Shown here piece by piece: positions 35,389 through 45,500 of a DNA stretch of 64,000 bases (position 1 is its first letter; the number at the start of each line of letters is the position of its first letter). This DNA is from a virus. Taxonomy: Duplodnaviria; Caudoviricetes. Below the pieces are notes generated by a model, which was given only the letters and a program-made list of their open reading frames with translations, ran no database searches and was not told the DNA's origin. The stretch covers positions 1 through 64,000 of IMG/VR virus record IMGVR_UViG_3300044652_000032; one strand, 5' to 3'. Both the position numbers and the translations under genes were made by a program.

Positions 35389-36729
35389 ATGGCAGAAGAA
35401 CCCAAAGTTTATGAGCGCGAACGGGACGTCGAGGCGATGAATTACGACGCCATCAAGTCCTTTGTCAAGGACAAGCGCGAGGAGATGAGCAAGTTCTACA
35501 AGGAGGAGGTGCAGGGCAAGGCTCCGCACTCCAACGTCCTCAAATCGCTGCAGGTGCGCGAGGCCGAAATCAAGGCCGCCAACGAGCGCATGACGCTGCT
35601 CCGCGAGGCCGACGAGGCCGAAAAGCGCAACCGCGACGAGTACAAGTCCACGTTCGGCACCGCACGGCTGCCCGTCCCGCACGAGGGCGGGCGCGGCAAC
35701 GGTAACGGCGCTGACGACCACGGCGACATGGCCGTTGCCAAGTCGATCGGCCAGATGTTCGTGGACAGCCGCGAGTACGAGAAGGCGGCCAGCAAGGGGC
35801 TTAAGAGCTGGGACGCGCGCTACGACGGCACGCTCATCGCCGAGCTGGACGAGGCCTCGATAAAGTCGTGGGATCCCTACGCCGTCAAGACCACGATGAC
35901 GACCTCGGCGGGCTGGGCACCGTACCCCGCGCTCTCGCCGCGTCCTCCGGTCATGACGGCGCTGCAGCAGCCCGTGGTCAGCGACCTCATCCCGCAGGAC
36001 GACACCACGCAGCCCGCTATCCTCTACTACGAGGAGACGGCCTTCTCCGACGCCGCAGCGCCGACCGCCGAGGGCGGCGTCAAGCCCGAGCAGCAGCTCG
36101 CCCTCACGCTCCGCACGCAGCCCATCTGCAAGATCGCCGCCACGCTCCCCATCACCGACGAGCAGCTGATGGACGTTCCGGCGGTGCGCGGTTACATCGA
36201 CCAGCGGCTGACGTTGATGGTGCGTCGGGCGGAGGACTCGCAGCTGCTGACGGGCAACGGCACGTCGCCCAACTTGCAGGGCTTCCACACCAAGAGCGGC
36301 ATCGGCTCGATCGCCCGCGCCTCCAACGAGGACAACGCGGACACGATTCTGCGCGCCATCACGGACGTGAACTCCATCTACGGGTTCGCGAACGCCTCGG
36401 GCATCATCCTGCACCCGCTCAACTGGCTGGCCATACGGCTCATCCGCACCACGACCGGCGACTACATCTGGGGTCACCCGGCCACGGTCGGCCCCGCCAC
36501 GCTGTGGGGTCTGCCCGTGGTGCAGACGGCCATGGAGACGAGCGGCAAGGGCTTGGTCGGCGACTTCCAGATGTACTCGCACATCTCGCGCCGTCTGGGT
36601 CTGAAGATCGACGTCGGCTACATCAACGACGACTTCCAGCGCGACATCCAGCGCATCCGCTTGGAGGAGCGCCTCTCGCTCGAGATCTACAGGGCGCGGG
36701 CGTTCGAAGAGGTGACCAGCCTCCAGTAA
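35389..36729 (+). CDS. Major capsid protein, HK97 fold with delta domain
   Basis: AEGGVKPE, KIAATLPITDEQL.D, QLLTGNG..PNLQG, LHPLNW, LWGLPVV, LVGDF, EERL. Confidence 0.95.
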   Translation: MAEEPKVYERERDVEAMNYDAIKSFVKDKREEMSKFYKEEVQGKAPHSNVLKSLQVREAEIKAANERMTLLREADEAEKRNRDEYKSTFGTARLPVPHEGGRGNGNGADDHGDMAVAKSIGQMFVDSREYEKAASKGLKSWDARYDGTLIAELDEASIKSWDPYAVKTTMTTSAGWAPYPALSPRPPVMTALQQPVVSDLIPQDDTTQPAILYYEETAFSDAAAPTAEGGVKPEQQLALTLRTQPICKIAATLPITDEQLMDVPAVRGYIDQRLTLMVRRAEDSQLLTGNGTSPNLQGFHTKSGIGSIARASNEDNADTILRAITDVNSIYGFANASGIILHPLNWLAIRLIRTTTGDYIWGHPATVGPATLWGLPVVQTAMETSGKGLVGDFQMYSHISRRLGLKIDVGYINDDFQRDIQRIRLEERLSLEIYRARAFEEVTSLQ

Positions 36730-36740
36730 CTGGACGGCTG

Positions 36741-36900
36741 ATGTTCTTTTCAACGAGTGGGTTGACGTAGGGCGATTCCGGCAGAAACGTCGGGCGTCAA
36801 CGCTCTGTGGGTGCCGGTCTTTTGACCGCGCCACGGCTCCGCGCGAAGGGGAGAGCGCGCGGACTGCTGGCCCTCAACGGGGTCGGCACCCACAGTACAA
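36741..36900 (+). ncRNA. Candidate structured RNA downstream of capsid gene
   Basis: 12-bp stem 36805-16/36884-95 enclosing three hairpins; second stem GTTGACG/CGTCAAC. Confidence 0.45.
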
Positions 36901-36925
36901 CTTCTTTAGGTAGGAGATTACGACG

Positions 36926-37492
36926 ATGCCAGTAACCAACGGCGGATTCGCCACGGCTGTTCAGTCGCAGGATCCCGTGCGTCGGCACAAGACGCTCGCC
37001 AGCCCCGCGCTCGGCGCGGCGGCGTCGGTGCTCCCGGCGCAGACGCTGCCCGCCTCCGGCACCACGACGGTGACGGCGGGCATCACCAACCCGGACGTGC
37101 CGCGCAACCTGACCGTGACGGGCAACCAGGCCACGGCCACGGGCAACGTCGTCGCCACCGGTACCAGCGAGGACAACACGACCATCACCGAGACCATTGT
37201 GGCCAACGGCACGGCCACCGTGGCGGGCAACAAGGCGTTCAAGACCGTGGCGCAGGTCGTGTTTCCCGCGCGCGGCGCTTCCGGCGACACCATCAGCGTC
37301 GGCACGGGCGCAAAGCTCGGTCTGGGCGACAAGCTGGCGCGCGACACCGTGCGTAGCGCCTATCTGAACAACGTGCGCGAGGGCACGGCCCCGACCGTCA
37401 CCACGAGCGCCACGGCTGTGGAGAGCAACACCGTCCAGCTCAACTCGGCGCTCAACGGCAATCAGGTGGACATCTACTACGACCGCGGCTAG
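36926..37492 (+). CDS. Probable head decoration protein
   Basis: Follows MCP; PDVPRNLTVT, TITET, G.KAFKTV, KLGL. Confidence 0.6.
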   Translation: MPVTNGGFATAVQSQDPVRRHKTLASPALGAAASVLPAQTLPASGTTTVTAGITNPDVPRNLTVTGNQATATGNVVATGTSEDNTTITETIVANGTATVAGNKAFKTVAQVVFPARGASGDTISVGTGAKLGLGDKLARDTVRSAYLNNVREGTAPTVTTSATAVESNTVQLNSALNGNQVDIYYDRG

Positions 37493-37531
37493 GCGCACGC
37501 GGCAACTTTTTACGGGGCAGGAGAACGAGCA

Positions 37532-37990
37532 ATGCTAAGAGCCAGTAAGGACATCTACGTTGACGCCGAGGGCAACGTCGTCAGCGAGCCGAGCACCAAG
37601 GGCGGAACCTTCAAGGTGGCCGCCGAGGGCGCTACCGTCAACGAGGCCGACCTCGAGCGCTACGGCATCAAGACCGACACCTTCGACCAGCACGGGCTGA
37701 CCGTACTGACCGCGGAGGACGTCGCGCGCGAGCAGGCCGAGGAGGACGCGCGCCGCGCCGCCGCCGTGCGGCGTTCGGGTTTCAGTCAGACGTCGGTTGC
37801 CGGTGCCGCGCCCGTCACGGCGCAACGCCCGCGTGCGGCGGACGGCGCGATCGAGAGCGAGGCACCAGCGCCTGCACCCGCAGGGGTGCCGCCGGGCGTG
37901 GGCGTGACCGCCGCCGTTACGCCGCAGGGTAAGGCCGCCAAGAGCGACTACGTGCCTCCGGCGGACAACGTGACCGACGCCGCGAAGTAA
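37532..37990 (+). CDS. Hypothetical virion-region protein
   Basis: AGGAG SD. Confidence 0.6.
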   Translation: MLRASKDIYVDAEGNVVSEPSTKGGTFKVAAEGATVNEADLERYGIKTDTFDQHGLTVLTAEDVAREQAEEDARRAAAVRRSGFSQTSVAGAAPVTAQRPRAADGAIESEAPAPAPAGVPPGVGVTAAVTPQGKAAKSDYVPPADNVTDAAK

Positions 37991-38008
37991 CCGGCGCGGA
38001 GGTAGCGC

Positions 38009-38533
38009 GTGAGCGACTTCACGGACGCACTCGCCGTGGTCAAGCGGGCGTGCCAGCCCGACGACGTGCCCACGTTGACCTACTCGGCAACGGGAGGGCC
38101 GACCGCCGGGCTTGACCTCGACGACATCATCGTCGCGTGCCAGCGCGGCGCTGTTTGGACGGCGAGCACGGCGCTCCACTACGGCCAGATCGTCTTCCCG
38201 ACCACGGTCAACGGGCAGGAGTACGAGGTCGTCCGCGCGGGCACGAGCGGCACCGTGGAGCCGACATGGTCGGTGGCCATAGGTAGCTACTATGGCCCGT
38301 ACGACTACGGGCAGGCTCTGGTGATGGACGGCTCGGCAGTGCTGAAGGCGCGGGGCTTCTACGCCGGTATGTACGACGTGCGCGAGGCCTGCCGTCAGGC
38401 CTGCCTCTTGAAGTCGCGCCGGGCGGCCAAGTGCCCGGATTTTTCGGCTGATGGCGCGAGCATAAAGAAGTCGCAGGTGCGCGACTTCTGGCACGCCGAG
38501 GCCGAGCAGTTCGACCCGGTCTTTGTGGCCTGA
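38009..38533 (+). CDS. Putative head-tail adaptor
   Basis: Position; YDVREAC...K...A...DFSADG. Confidence 0.55.
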   Translation: MSDFTDALAVVKRACQPDDVPTLTYSATGGPTAGLDLDDIIVACQRGAVWTASTALHYGQIVFPTTVNGQEYEVVRAGTSGTVEPTWSVAIGSYYGPYDYGQALVMDGSAVLKARGFYAGMYDVREACRQACLLKSRRAAKCPDFSADGASIKKSQVRDFWHAEAEQFDPVFVA

Positions 38534-38537
38534 AACG

Positions 38538-38942
38538 ATGAGCGCTTGCCTCGACCTGCAGACGTTGCGCGCCGAGTACCTGCAGACGCTGACGCGCACC
38601 TGCACGGTGCCGGGGCTGCCGCGCACCGTAGCCGTCAACGACGAGACCACGGGCGTCGGCGGCACGACCCAGACGACGCTCGCCACCCCGACCACGGGCG
38701 TGCCCTGCGCTTTTTCGGTAGTGGGCGGCAGCACCCCGGCAGTGGAGGGAGCGCAGCTGGAGATAGGCACGGTGGTTATGCGCTTCGGGTGGAACGTGGC
38801 TCTGCGGTCGGGGATGACAATAGTGGTTGACGCGGGGCCGAACGGCGAACCCAGCCGCACGTTCCAACTCGTCGCGCAGATGTCCACCTCGCTGCTGATA
38901 GGCCAGCGATGGACGGCCATAGAGTACGGGCAGGAGGTTTAA
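38538..38942 (+). CDS. Putative head closure protein
   Basis: Position, size, beta-rich. Confidence 0.5.
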   Translation: MSACLDLQTLRAEYLQTLTRTCTVPGLPRTVAVNDETTGVGGTTQTTLATPTTGVPCAFSVVGGSTPAVEGAQLEIGTVVMRFGWNVALRSGMTIVVDAGPNGEPSRTFQLVAQMSTSLLIGQRWTAIEYGQEV

Positions 38943-38946
38943 CCGA

Positions 38947-39354
38947 GTGGCAAAGTACAACGTCAAGATTACGCGCGAGCACGGCTCCAACACCAAGGAG
39001 GTGCGCTTCGAACCCCTCGAGGGCGCTCCGCGTCTGCGCTCCATCTACTGCCGTCTGGACGAGATGGAGGACATCAGCGAGGGCGAGCAGGAAGTCTCCG
39101 CCGAGGAGCACGCCGCCTTGTTCGAGGAGGCGCAGTCCCTCCGCGAGACCGAGCAGGCCGCCGCGCAGGCCGAGAGCATGAGCACTCTAGGCGTAGCCGA
39201 GGAGGGTTCGGACGGTGTGGCCACGCCCGGAACGGCTGCACATCCAAAGAAGAGCACGCTGCTCACGCCCTCGGAGACCTCGCGCAAGCCCACGCCGCCG
39301 CCGACGAGCGACGCGGCAAAGCAGGCTACGGAGACTAGCAGCGGTGCCAGTTGA
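38947..39354 (+). CDS. Hypothetical protein
   Basis: GGAGG SD. Confidence 0.5.
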   Translation: MAKYNVKITREHGSNTKEVRFEPLEGAPRLRSIYCRLDEMEDISEGEQEVSAEEHAALFEEAQSLRETEQAAAQAESMSTLGVAEEGSDGVATPGTAAHPKKSTLLTPSETSRKPTPPPTSDAAKQATETSSGAS

Positions 39355-39835
39355 GCACACCAGCAACATGGACGCCGTGCAAGCGGCCATCCGCGCCCGC
39401 CGCGCCGCCGACATCAATCAAGCGGCCACGGCGCAGCTCAACTACGCCGACTTCCGCGTCCCCGTGGATACCGGGGCATTGAAAGGCTCTTTGAAGCAGA
39501 CGGTCGTTGCTACGGAAGACAGTTTACGCGCCGAGGTGCAGGCCGGAGGCACGACCACCGTGGGCGGCGAGCCAGTCACTTACGCCCCGGCAGTCAACTT
39601 CGGCAGTCACCACATCAGCTCTTTGGGCAACGAGTACGATATAGCGCCCGACCCCTTCTGGACGGAAGCGGAGGACGTCGGGCGCGAGAGCTGGCGCAGG
39701 TTGTGCCGCATCCGCACCTTCGAGGGCCGCCAGCAGGCACACATGCAGACAGGCAAGCGCACGTCGGCGCAGGACTTCGAGACCTTCGAGGAGTCCGAGG
39801 AACTCGACCTGTTCGGCACGGGCGGAGGAGAGTAG
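39344..39835 (+). CDS. HK97 gp10-like neck/tail completion protein
   Basis: VPVDTGALKGSL, YAPAVNFG, PDPFW. Confidence 0.7.
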   Translation: MPVEHTSNMDAVQAAIRARRAADINQAATAQLNYADFRVPVDTGALKGSLKQTVVATEDSLRAEVQAGGTTTVGGEPVTYAPAVNFGSHHISSLGNEYDIAPDPFWTEAEDVGRESWRRLCRIRTFEGRQQAHMQTGKRTSAQDFETFEESEELDLFGTGGGE

Positions 39836-39842
39836 GTAGTGA

Positions 39843-40289
39843 ATGGCCGACGAGATCAGCGAGGCTTTCAACTACACGTTCGGCGCGCTCAAGACCGCGC
39901 TCGCCTCGTACGTAGGCGGAACGCCGCCGCGCATCTACCAGATGACGGCCCCGAACAACCCGTGGGAGCTGGGCGACCGTTACCTGCTGGGCGTCCTGAT
40001 GTCGCCGGGACAGGACTTCGTCGGCGCGGGCGGCGTCCGGCTGCAGGTGAATCCGCTGATAGCGTGGTACTTCGTCAAGAAGGGCGACATTGACGTCGCG
40101 CTGCGTAACGCGGACAAGGCTATGGACAACGTGCTGACCAACGTCCGTGCCACCATCAGCAACGGCTACGTCTTCAGCGTGGTGCGCGAGCAGGGCTGGT
40201 ACCGCACGCCGCGCGATCCTCGGCAGACAAAATTTTCAGAGTTGGGCGGTGCGTATCGCTACTACATCAGAAAGCAGGACGGAACCTAG
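39843..40289 (+). CDS. Putative tail terminator
   Basis: Position and size, ends ELGGAYR. Confidence 0.55.
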   Translation: MADEISEAFNYTFGALKTALASYVGGTPPRIYQMTAPNNPWELGDRYLLGVLMSPGQDFVGAGGVRLQVNPLIAWYFVKKGDIDVALRNADKAMDNVLTNVRATISNGYVFSVVREQGWYRTPRDPRQTKFSELGGAYRYYIRKQDGT

Positions 40290-40392
40290 TACTGTTAGTT
40301 TGTCGGTGGTCGGTACAACTTAACAGCGGCAGGCCGCGCAGTAGAACGTCGCGCCGAACGTCCGTCTCCCGCATCGGCGGAGGAGCACGCAG

Positions 40393-41391
40393 ATGACTAT
40401 CCGTTCATCCATTGATCGTGGCGTACAGATCGGGGTGGAGACAACCCCCGGCACACAGGTCGCAGGCAACCGCAAGTTGACCTCGCTGGACGTCCAGTGG
40501 TCGCCCAACGTCATCCATCAGGAGTTCCGCGCCGCCGGACGCAAGTATCCGGGCGCGAGCGTAGTCCACGGCATCGATGCGAAGGGGACGTGGAACTGCA
40601 TCGCGGACTTCAACGCGCTGGTGTACCCCTTCAGCGGCTACGTCGGCGGCGTAATAACCACACCGAGCGGCGGCACGCTCTCGCGCAACTGGGCCTTCAC
40701 GCCCGTGATGGTGGGCCGCGACACGAACCAGAAGACGTTCACCGCCGAGCGCGGGGACGCCGTCGCCGCGCAGGTCGTCACCTTCCTTCAGTTCAACAGC
40801 ATCACCTGCCGCTGGCAGCGCACGCCGACATCCGCCGACCTCTCCTTCAACGGCGACGTCTTCGCCCGCTCGGCCACGGACGGCCAGACCCTTACGGCCT
40901 CGCCCACGACCATCGCGCAGTCCGTCGCCAGCGCACCGCAGATCCGCATCTACATTGACACAACTTACGGTGGCATCGGGACAACGCCCGTCACCGCCGC
41001 GTACGAGGGAGGCTTCTCGCTGGGCGCGAAGTTCTCTCCGTTCTACGCCTTCGACAACACCTCGACGTTTCAGGACACGGCGGAGCTGGCCCCGCCCGTT
41101 ACGTTCAACTTCCACACGGCGCACAACGCGCAGTCGCGCGCCTTCTTCGCCAACATCAACTCCAACGCCACGTACTTCACGCGCTTCGAGGTCATCGGCC
41201 CGATACTGGAAGGCTCGATCCACGCCAAGTTCGTGCTGGACATCGCGGGGCGCTACATTGCCGCCGCCGAGGAGGACGCCTCGGGCGTGTACGGCTACAA
41301 CTACACGCTGCAGGCCTTGGAGGACTCGACCTTCAACACCACGGGCGGCATCTGGCTGGCGAATATCGTTAACTTGTTGACCAGCTTATAG
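40393..41391 (+). CDS. Major tail tube protein
   Basis: VQIGVETTPGT start, position before chaperone and TMP. Confidence 0.8.
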   Translation: MTIRSSIDRGVQIGVETTPGTQVAGNRKLTSLDVQWSPNVIHQEFRAAGRKYPGASVVHGIDAKGTWNCIADFNALVYPFSGYVGGVITTPSGGTLSRNWAFTPVMVGRDTNQKTFTAERGDAVAAQVVTFLQFNSITCRWQRTPTSADLSFNGDVFARSATDGQTLTASPTTIAQSVASAPQIRIYIDTTYGGIGTTPVTAAYEGGFSLGAKFSPFYAFDNTSTFQDTAELAPPVTFNFHTAHNAQSRAFFANINSNATYFTRFEVIGPILEGSIHAKFVLDIAGRYIAAAEEDASGVYGYNYTLQALEDSTFNTTGGIWLANIVNLLTSL

Positions 41392-41403
41392 TTAGGAGCG
41401 TTT

Positions 41404-42000
41404 ATGGAACTGGATCTCCTCGACGAGTACCCCGTCACCTGTGAGATGGAAGTCATCCACCCCGTGACCGAAGAGGTGGTCGGCGTACTGACCCTCACCT
41501 TCGACGCCAACAAGTTCACGGGCGACTACGACCGGCGCAAGGCCCGCAGCTACGAGGATCGCATCCTCGAGCTGGACACGCGTGCGCGCCGCAAGATGTT
41601 GTCCGCCACCACGGACGGTCAGGAGGAGGCGGGCGCGTCCGCCGAAGACGACGACCCTACGGGCTGGCGCGCCATCGCCCGCAATTACACGGAGGAGCGG
41701 GAGACCGACGCCATCATCCACGACATCGGGCGCGAGGTGATGGCCTCGGCGCTGGCGAAGGATCGCGGCGGCCCGATTATGGCGTGGTCGGGCACACGCA
41801 ACGGCCAGCCCGTGGAGCCTAACTACGAGGAGTTGGTGAGCAAGCCCGTGCCCTTCCTTGTGGACTTGGAGTTCACGATGCGCCAGCGCGTGCTCCCAAA
41901 AGGAGTCCGGACGGTGAGGGTGAGGACGACGTCCGACAATACCGACGCTACCTCACCCTCGGAGCCGGACACCCCGACAGCCGACTCCCCGATTATGTGA
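41404..42000 (+). CDS. Tail assembly chaperone; -1 frameshift product extends to 42200
   Basis: Position; slippery C CCA AAA at 41895-41901 with -1 frame open to 42200. Confidence 0.75.
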   Translation: MELDLLDEYPVTCEMEVIHPVTEEVVGVLTLTFDANKFTGDYDRRKARSYEDRILELDTRARRKMLSATTDGQEEAGASAEDDDPTGWRAIARNYTEERETDAIIHDIGREVMASALAKDRGGPIMAWSGTRNGQPVEPNYEELVSKPVPFLVDLEFTMRQRVLPKGVRTVRVRTTSDNTDATSPSEPDTPTADSPIM

Positions 42001-42203
42001 ACGACCACCGCGTCGCTCGCTTCTTGCGTAAGGACGTTGACCGCCTCAGCCACGTGCCCGAGCACCGCATAGCCGAGGCGATGGTCATCCTGACGGCGCG
42101 GCAGCAGGCGGCGGTCGAGAAGTTGAACAAGTTGCTGCGCGACAGCAAGGGCGCTCTGCAGGTCGTGCTGGACATAGACCTGCTGCTAGGAGAGTTTTAA
42201 GAT

Positions 42204-42542
42204 ATGGGAAAGCGCGTTGGGGTAGAGGTTGTGCGACGGATGAGGCCTTCTTTTGTCCACAAAGAATTTTACCAAAGTCTCGCCGATAAAAACATTGACG
42301 AAATACCTATACTCTGCCCTTGGTGTGGGGCGAAGCAATTTGTCATTTCGGATGAGCGACGCATCTGGTATTGCTTTGGGTGCGGCAAAGGCGGTAATTC
42401 GCTGACATATGTCAAAGCCCAGTTGCAATGGTCAGTTCGCCAATGTTTAGCGTGGCTGCGTGCGACTCTTCCCAAGGAGTACAATCACGCCTACTACGAA
42501 CTGAAGAAAAGTACACCTCTGGTTTCTGACGCTGTGAATTGA
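42204..42542 (+). CDS. CHC2 (primase-type) zinc-finger protein
   Basis: CPWC...WYCFGCGKGGN; AT-richer than neighbours. Confidence 0.65.
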   Translation: MGKRVGVEVVRRMRPSFVHKEFYQSLADKNIDEIPILCPWCGAKQFVISDERRIWYCFGCGKGGNSLTYVKAQLQWSVRQCLAWLRATLPKEYNHAYYELKKSTPLVSDAVN

Positions 42543-42551
42543 TGTGTTTTA

Positions 42552-45500
42552 ATGGACGTTGACGTACTCACTACCGTTTACGAGGGTCGGGACACCGCCG
42601 ACCGCGAGACCGCCGAGCGCGTAAAGAGCCGCGCCCGCGAGACCACCACCACCTTAGAGCAGGAGGAGCGCAAGCGCAACGCCGCCGCCGAGAGCCTGCA
42701 ACGCCAGCGCTCCGCCGCCGTCCTCCAGCAACTTCAGAAGGAGGAGCAGGAGCGCGTCCGCGTTATGCAGCAGGGCGCGCAGGCGCAGCAGAACCTCCTG
42801 GGTCGCTTTCTGCCCGCCGGTCTGCAGTCCAGCATTTTCAACCTACAAGGGCTGGCCAACGACATCCGGGCCATCTCCGCCGCAGAGCAGGCGGCGGGCG
42901 AAGCCGGAGGCGACCTTACAAAGGTGAGCGCAGGAGCAGCCGGAGCGCTGGGCGGGCTCGCCGAGGTGGCGGGGCCGCTGGCCGTGGCGCTGGCCGTGGT
43001 CGCGGCGGAGGAGGCCGTGCTCGTCGGAGCCTTTATCGCTGGCGGCGCGGCCATCTACGAGCTGACGAGCACGGCTGGCGAGGCCGGGGAGAAGTTGTAC
43101 GAGCTGCACGTCAAGACCGGACTCTCGGTAGAGACCCTCTCGGCCCTCGACTCCGGCGCACGGTTGACGGGCGGCTCGGTCGAGCGGCTGGGAATGGGTC
43201 TGGTCATCTTCAACCGCAACCTCGAGGCCGCACGGCAGGGCACGGGCCGACAGAAGGACGCCTTCAAAGACCTCAACGTCGATCTCCGCGACCACGAGGC
43301 CGTCCTCGGCGCGCTGTTTGAAAAACTCCGTGCCGCCCAGCTACAAGGCAACGGCACCGCCGTGGCCATGCAGTACTTCGGGCGGTCGGGAGCGGAGATG
43401 CTCAAGATTGTGGAGGCCTCGGGCGGCAGTCTGGAGAAGTTCAAGCAGCAACTGGCCGGGGCGGACGAACTCATCACCGGGGAGCAGGCCACAGCCGCGC
43501 ACGAGTACGAGGAAAGTTGGCGGCGCATCGGCCTGCAGCTCACGGCCATCGAGCGTCAGCTAGGCTTCCGACTATTGCCCGCCGTTGAGGAGGTCGCCAA
43601 AGGCACGAACGACGCGCTGAAGGAGTCGGAGGGCGCGTGGGAGGCGTTCGGCTTCGTTGTGGACGGCGTGGGCCGCTTTATCAAAGGTAACGTCGGCACC
43701 ATCATCGAGCAGATGAACGAACTGCGCGCCGCCATCGTTCTGGTTAACGAGGCGGCCACAGGACTGCCGCACCCCGTCTCCACCGCGCAGAGTTACCTCG
43801 TTGCTCCGGGCGAGGAGGCCGTGCCCGCTCCGAAAATGCCCTCTATGAAGGACATGGCCGCCGGTCTGCCGGAGGTGACGGACGAGGAGACCGCCAAGGG
43901 CGTGGCCGCACAGGCCCAGCACGACTTCGCCGAGGCACAGCGCAAGCTCGAAGCGGCCAAGGCCGAGCTGGCGCGCGTACAGGCCGTAACGCCCTCGATG
44001 ACGTCGGAAGCCTTCCAGAACATGCAGCAGGCCGCCGCCGACGCCACCCGCGCGCAGCTCACCTACCTGCAGGCGCAGATTCAGGCCAAGGAGTTCGAGC
44101 GCAAGGCCGTTGTGGAGACAGACGACCCCAAGAAGGTGCGCGAGCAGCGCGAAAAGGTCAACGACGAGATCACCAAGCTGGAAGACCAGAAGCGCTCCGT
44201 CCGGCAGAAGGCCGACGACGAGGCGCTCCAGCAGCAACAGCAGTTCCAGCAGAAGCAACTGCAACTCCAGCGTGACGCCATCAACTCCACGGCGCAGATG
44301 GCCGCGCGCGAGGCGCAGAGCGTTTACCAGTACCGCCTGCACGCCGCGCAGCAGTCCTACGAGGAGGGGCTGTCCTCGCTCGCCACCTACGTCAAGGCCG
44401 AGCACGACCTTCTCGCGCAGCACCACGAGCAGACGCTCGAAGCGCTGGGACGTGAGCTGACAGCCGCAGGAACGGTCACCGACCCGCAGCAGCGCGCAAA
44501 GCAGCAGGCCGAGGTCAACGCTAAGATAACGGAGGAGAACCGCAAATTCCAGCAGCAGTCGGACGACATAGACTTCAAACGGCGCGAGCAGGAGCGGACG
44601 GCGCTGAAGGCGCACAACGAGGCGCTCATTGCACTGCACGAGCAGGCCGACCAGCGCGAGCTGGAGGAGATGAAGTTGACTGGGGCGACCGCAACGGAGA
44701 TCGAGGAGGAGCGGGCGCGACGCGAACTCCTGATCATGCACAACCGCATGCTCCTCGCTTACCAAGAGCGCGACCGCTTCCAGCGGGACGACCCGCGCTA
44801 CCGTGCCGCGCAGGACGAAGTGGATAAGTTGATGGAGGAGGCCTCCCGCCAGTCGGACGAGCACTTCCAGAAGATGGCGGACGCCCGCATGGAGGACACG
44901 CGTAACGCCCAGCAGTACGCGGAGACGTTGCGCGCCGTCAACAAGCAGATAGAAGAGTCCAACCAGTCGGTGCGCCAGAGCCAGATAGAAGCCCTGCGGG
45001 CCTTCCCCGCCTCGGACGACGCGGCCCGCGCCATGCAAACGGCGCTGGACCTTGCCAAGGAGCAGACGCGCTCCGCCGCCGAGCTGGCCGCCCTCTACAA
45101 CCAGCGCACGCTTGCCGGCGTTACGCGCGACACGGACACCGACCCTATTAAACGCCGCGAGGCCGCCAATCAGTACGACGCGCTCAGTCGCGAGATCGAG
45201 GCTAAGGAGCGTGAGCACCAGCAGCGCATGACCGATATCCGGCACAAAGCGGCGGAAGAGGAGCGACAGGACAGACTGAAGAAGGAGGAAGACATCAGCA
45301 AGATCCTCATCGCCGGGTTGGACGCCTTCGACGGTCACTGGGGCAACATCTGGAAGGCGATGGCGCAGACCGCGATAGGCGAAGTGCGGCAGATAGCCGA
45401 CGAGCTGGCGAAGTCGGGGTTGGAGGCCATCCTCGACCCCAACCACAAGACGCGCGGCTCGGCGGCGGGTGGTCTGGTCGGTAGCATCACCAACATGATC

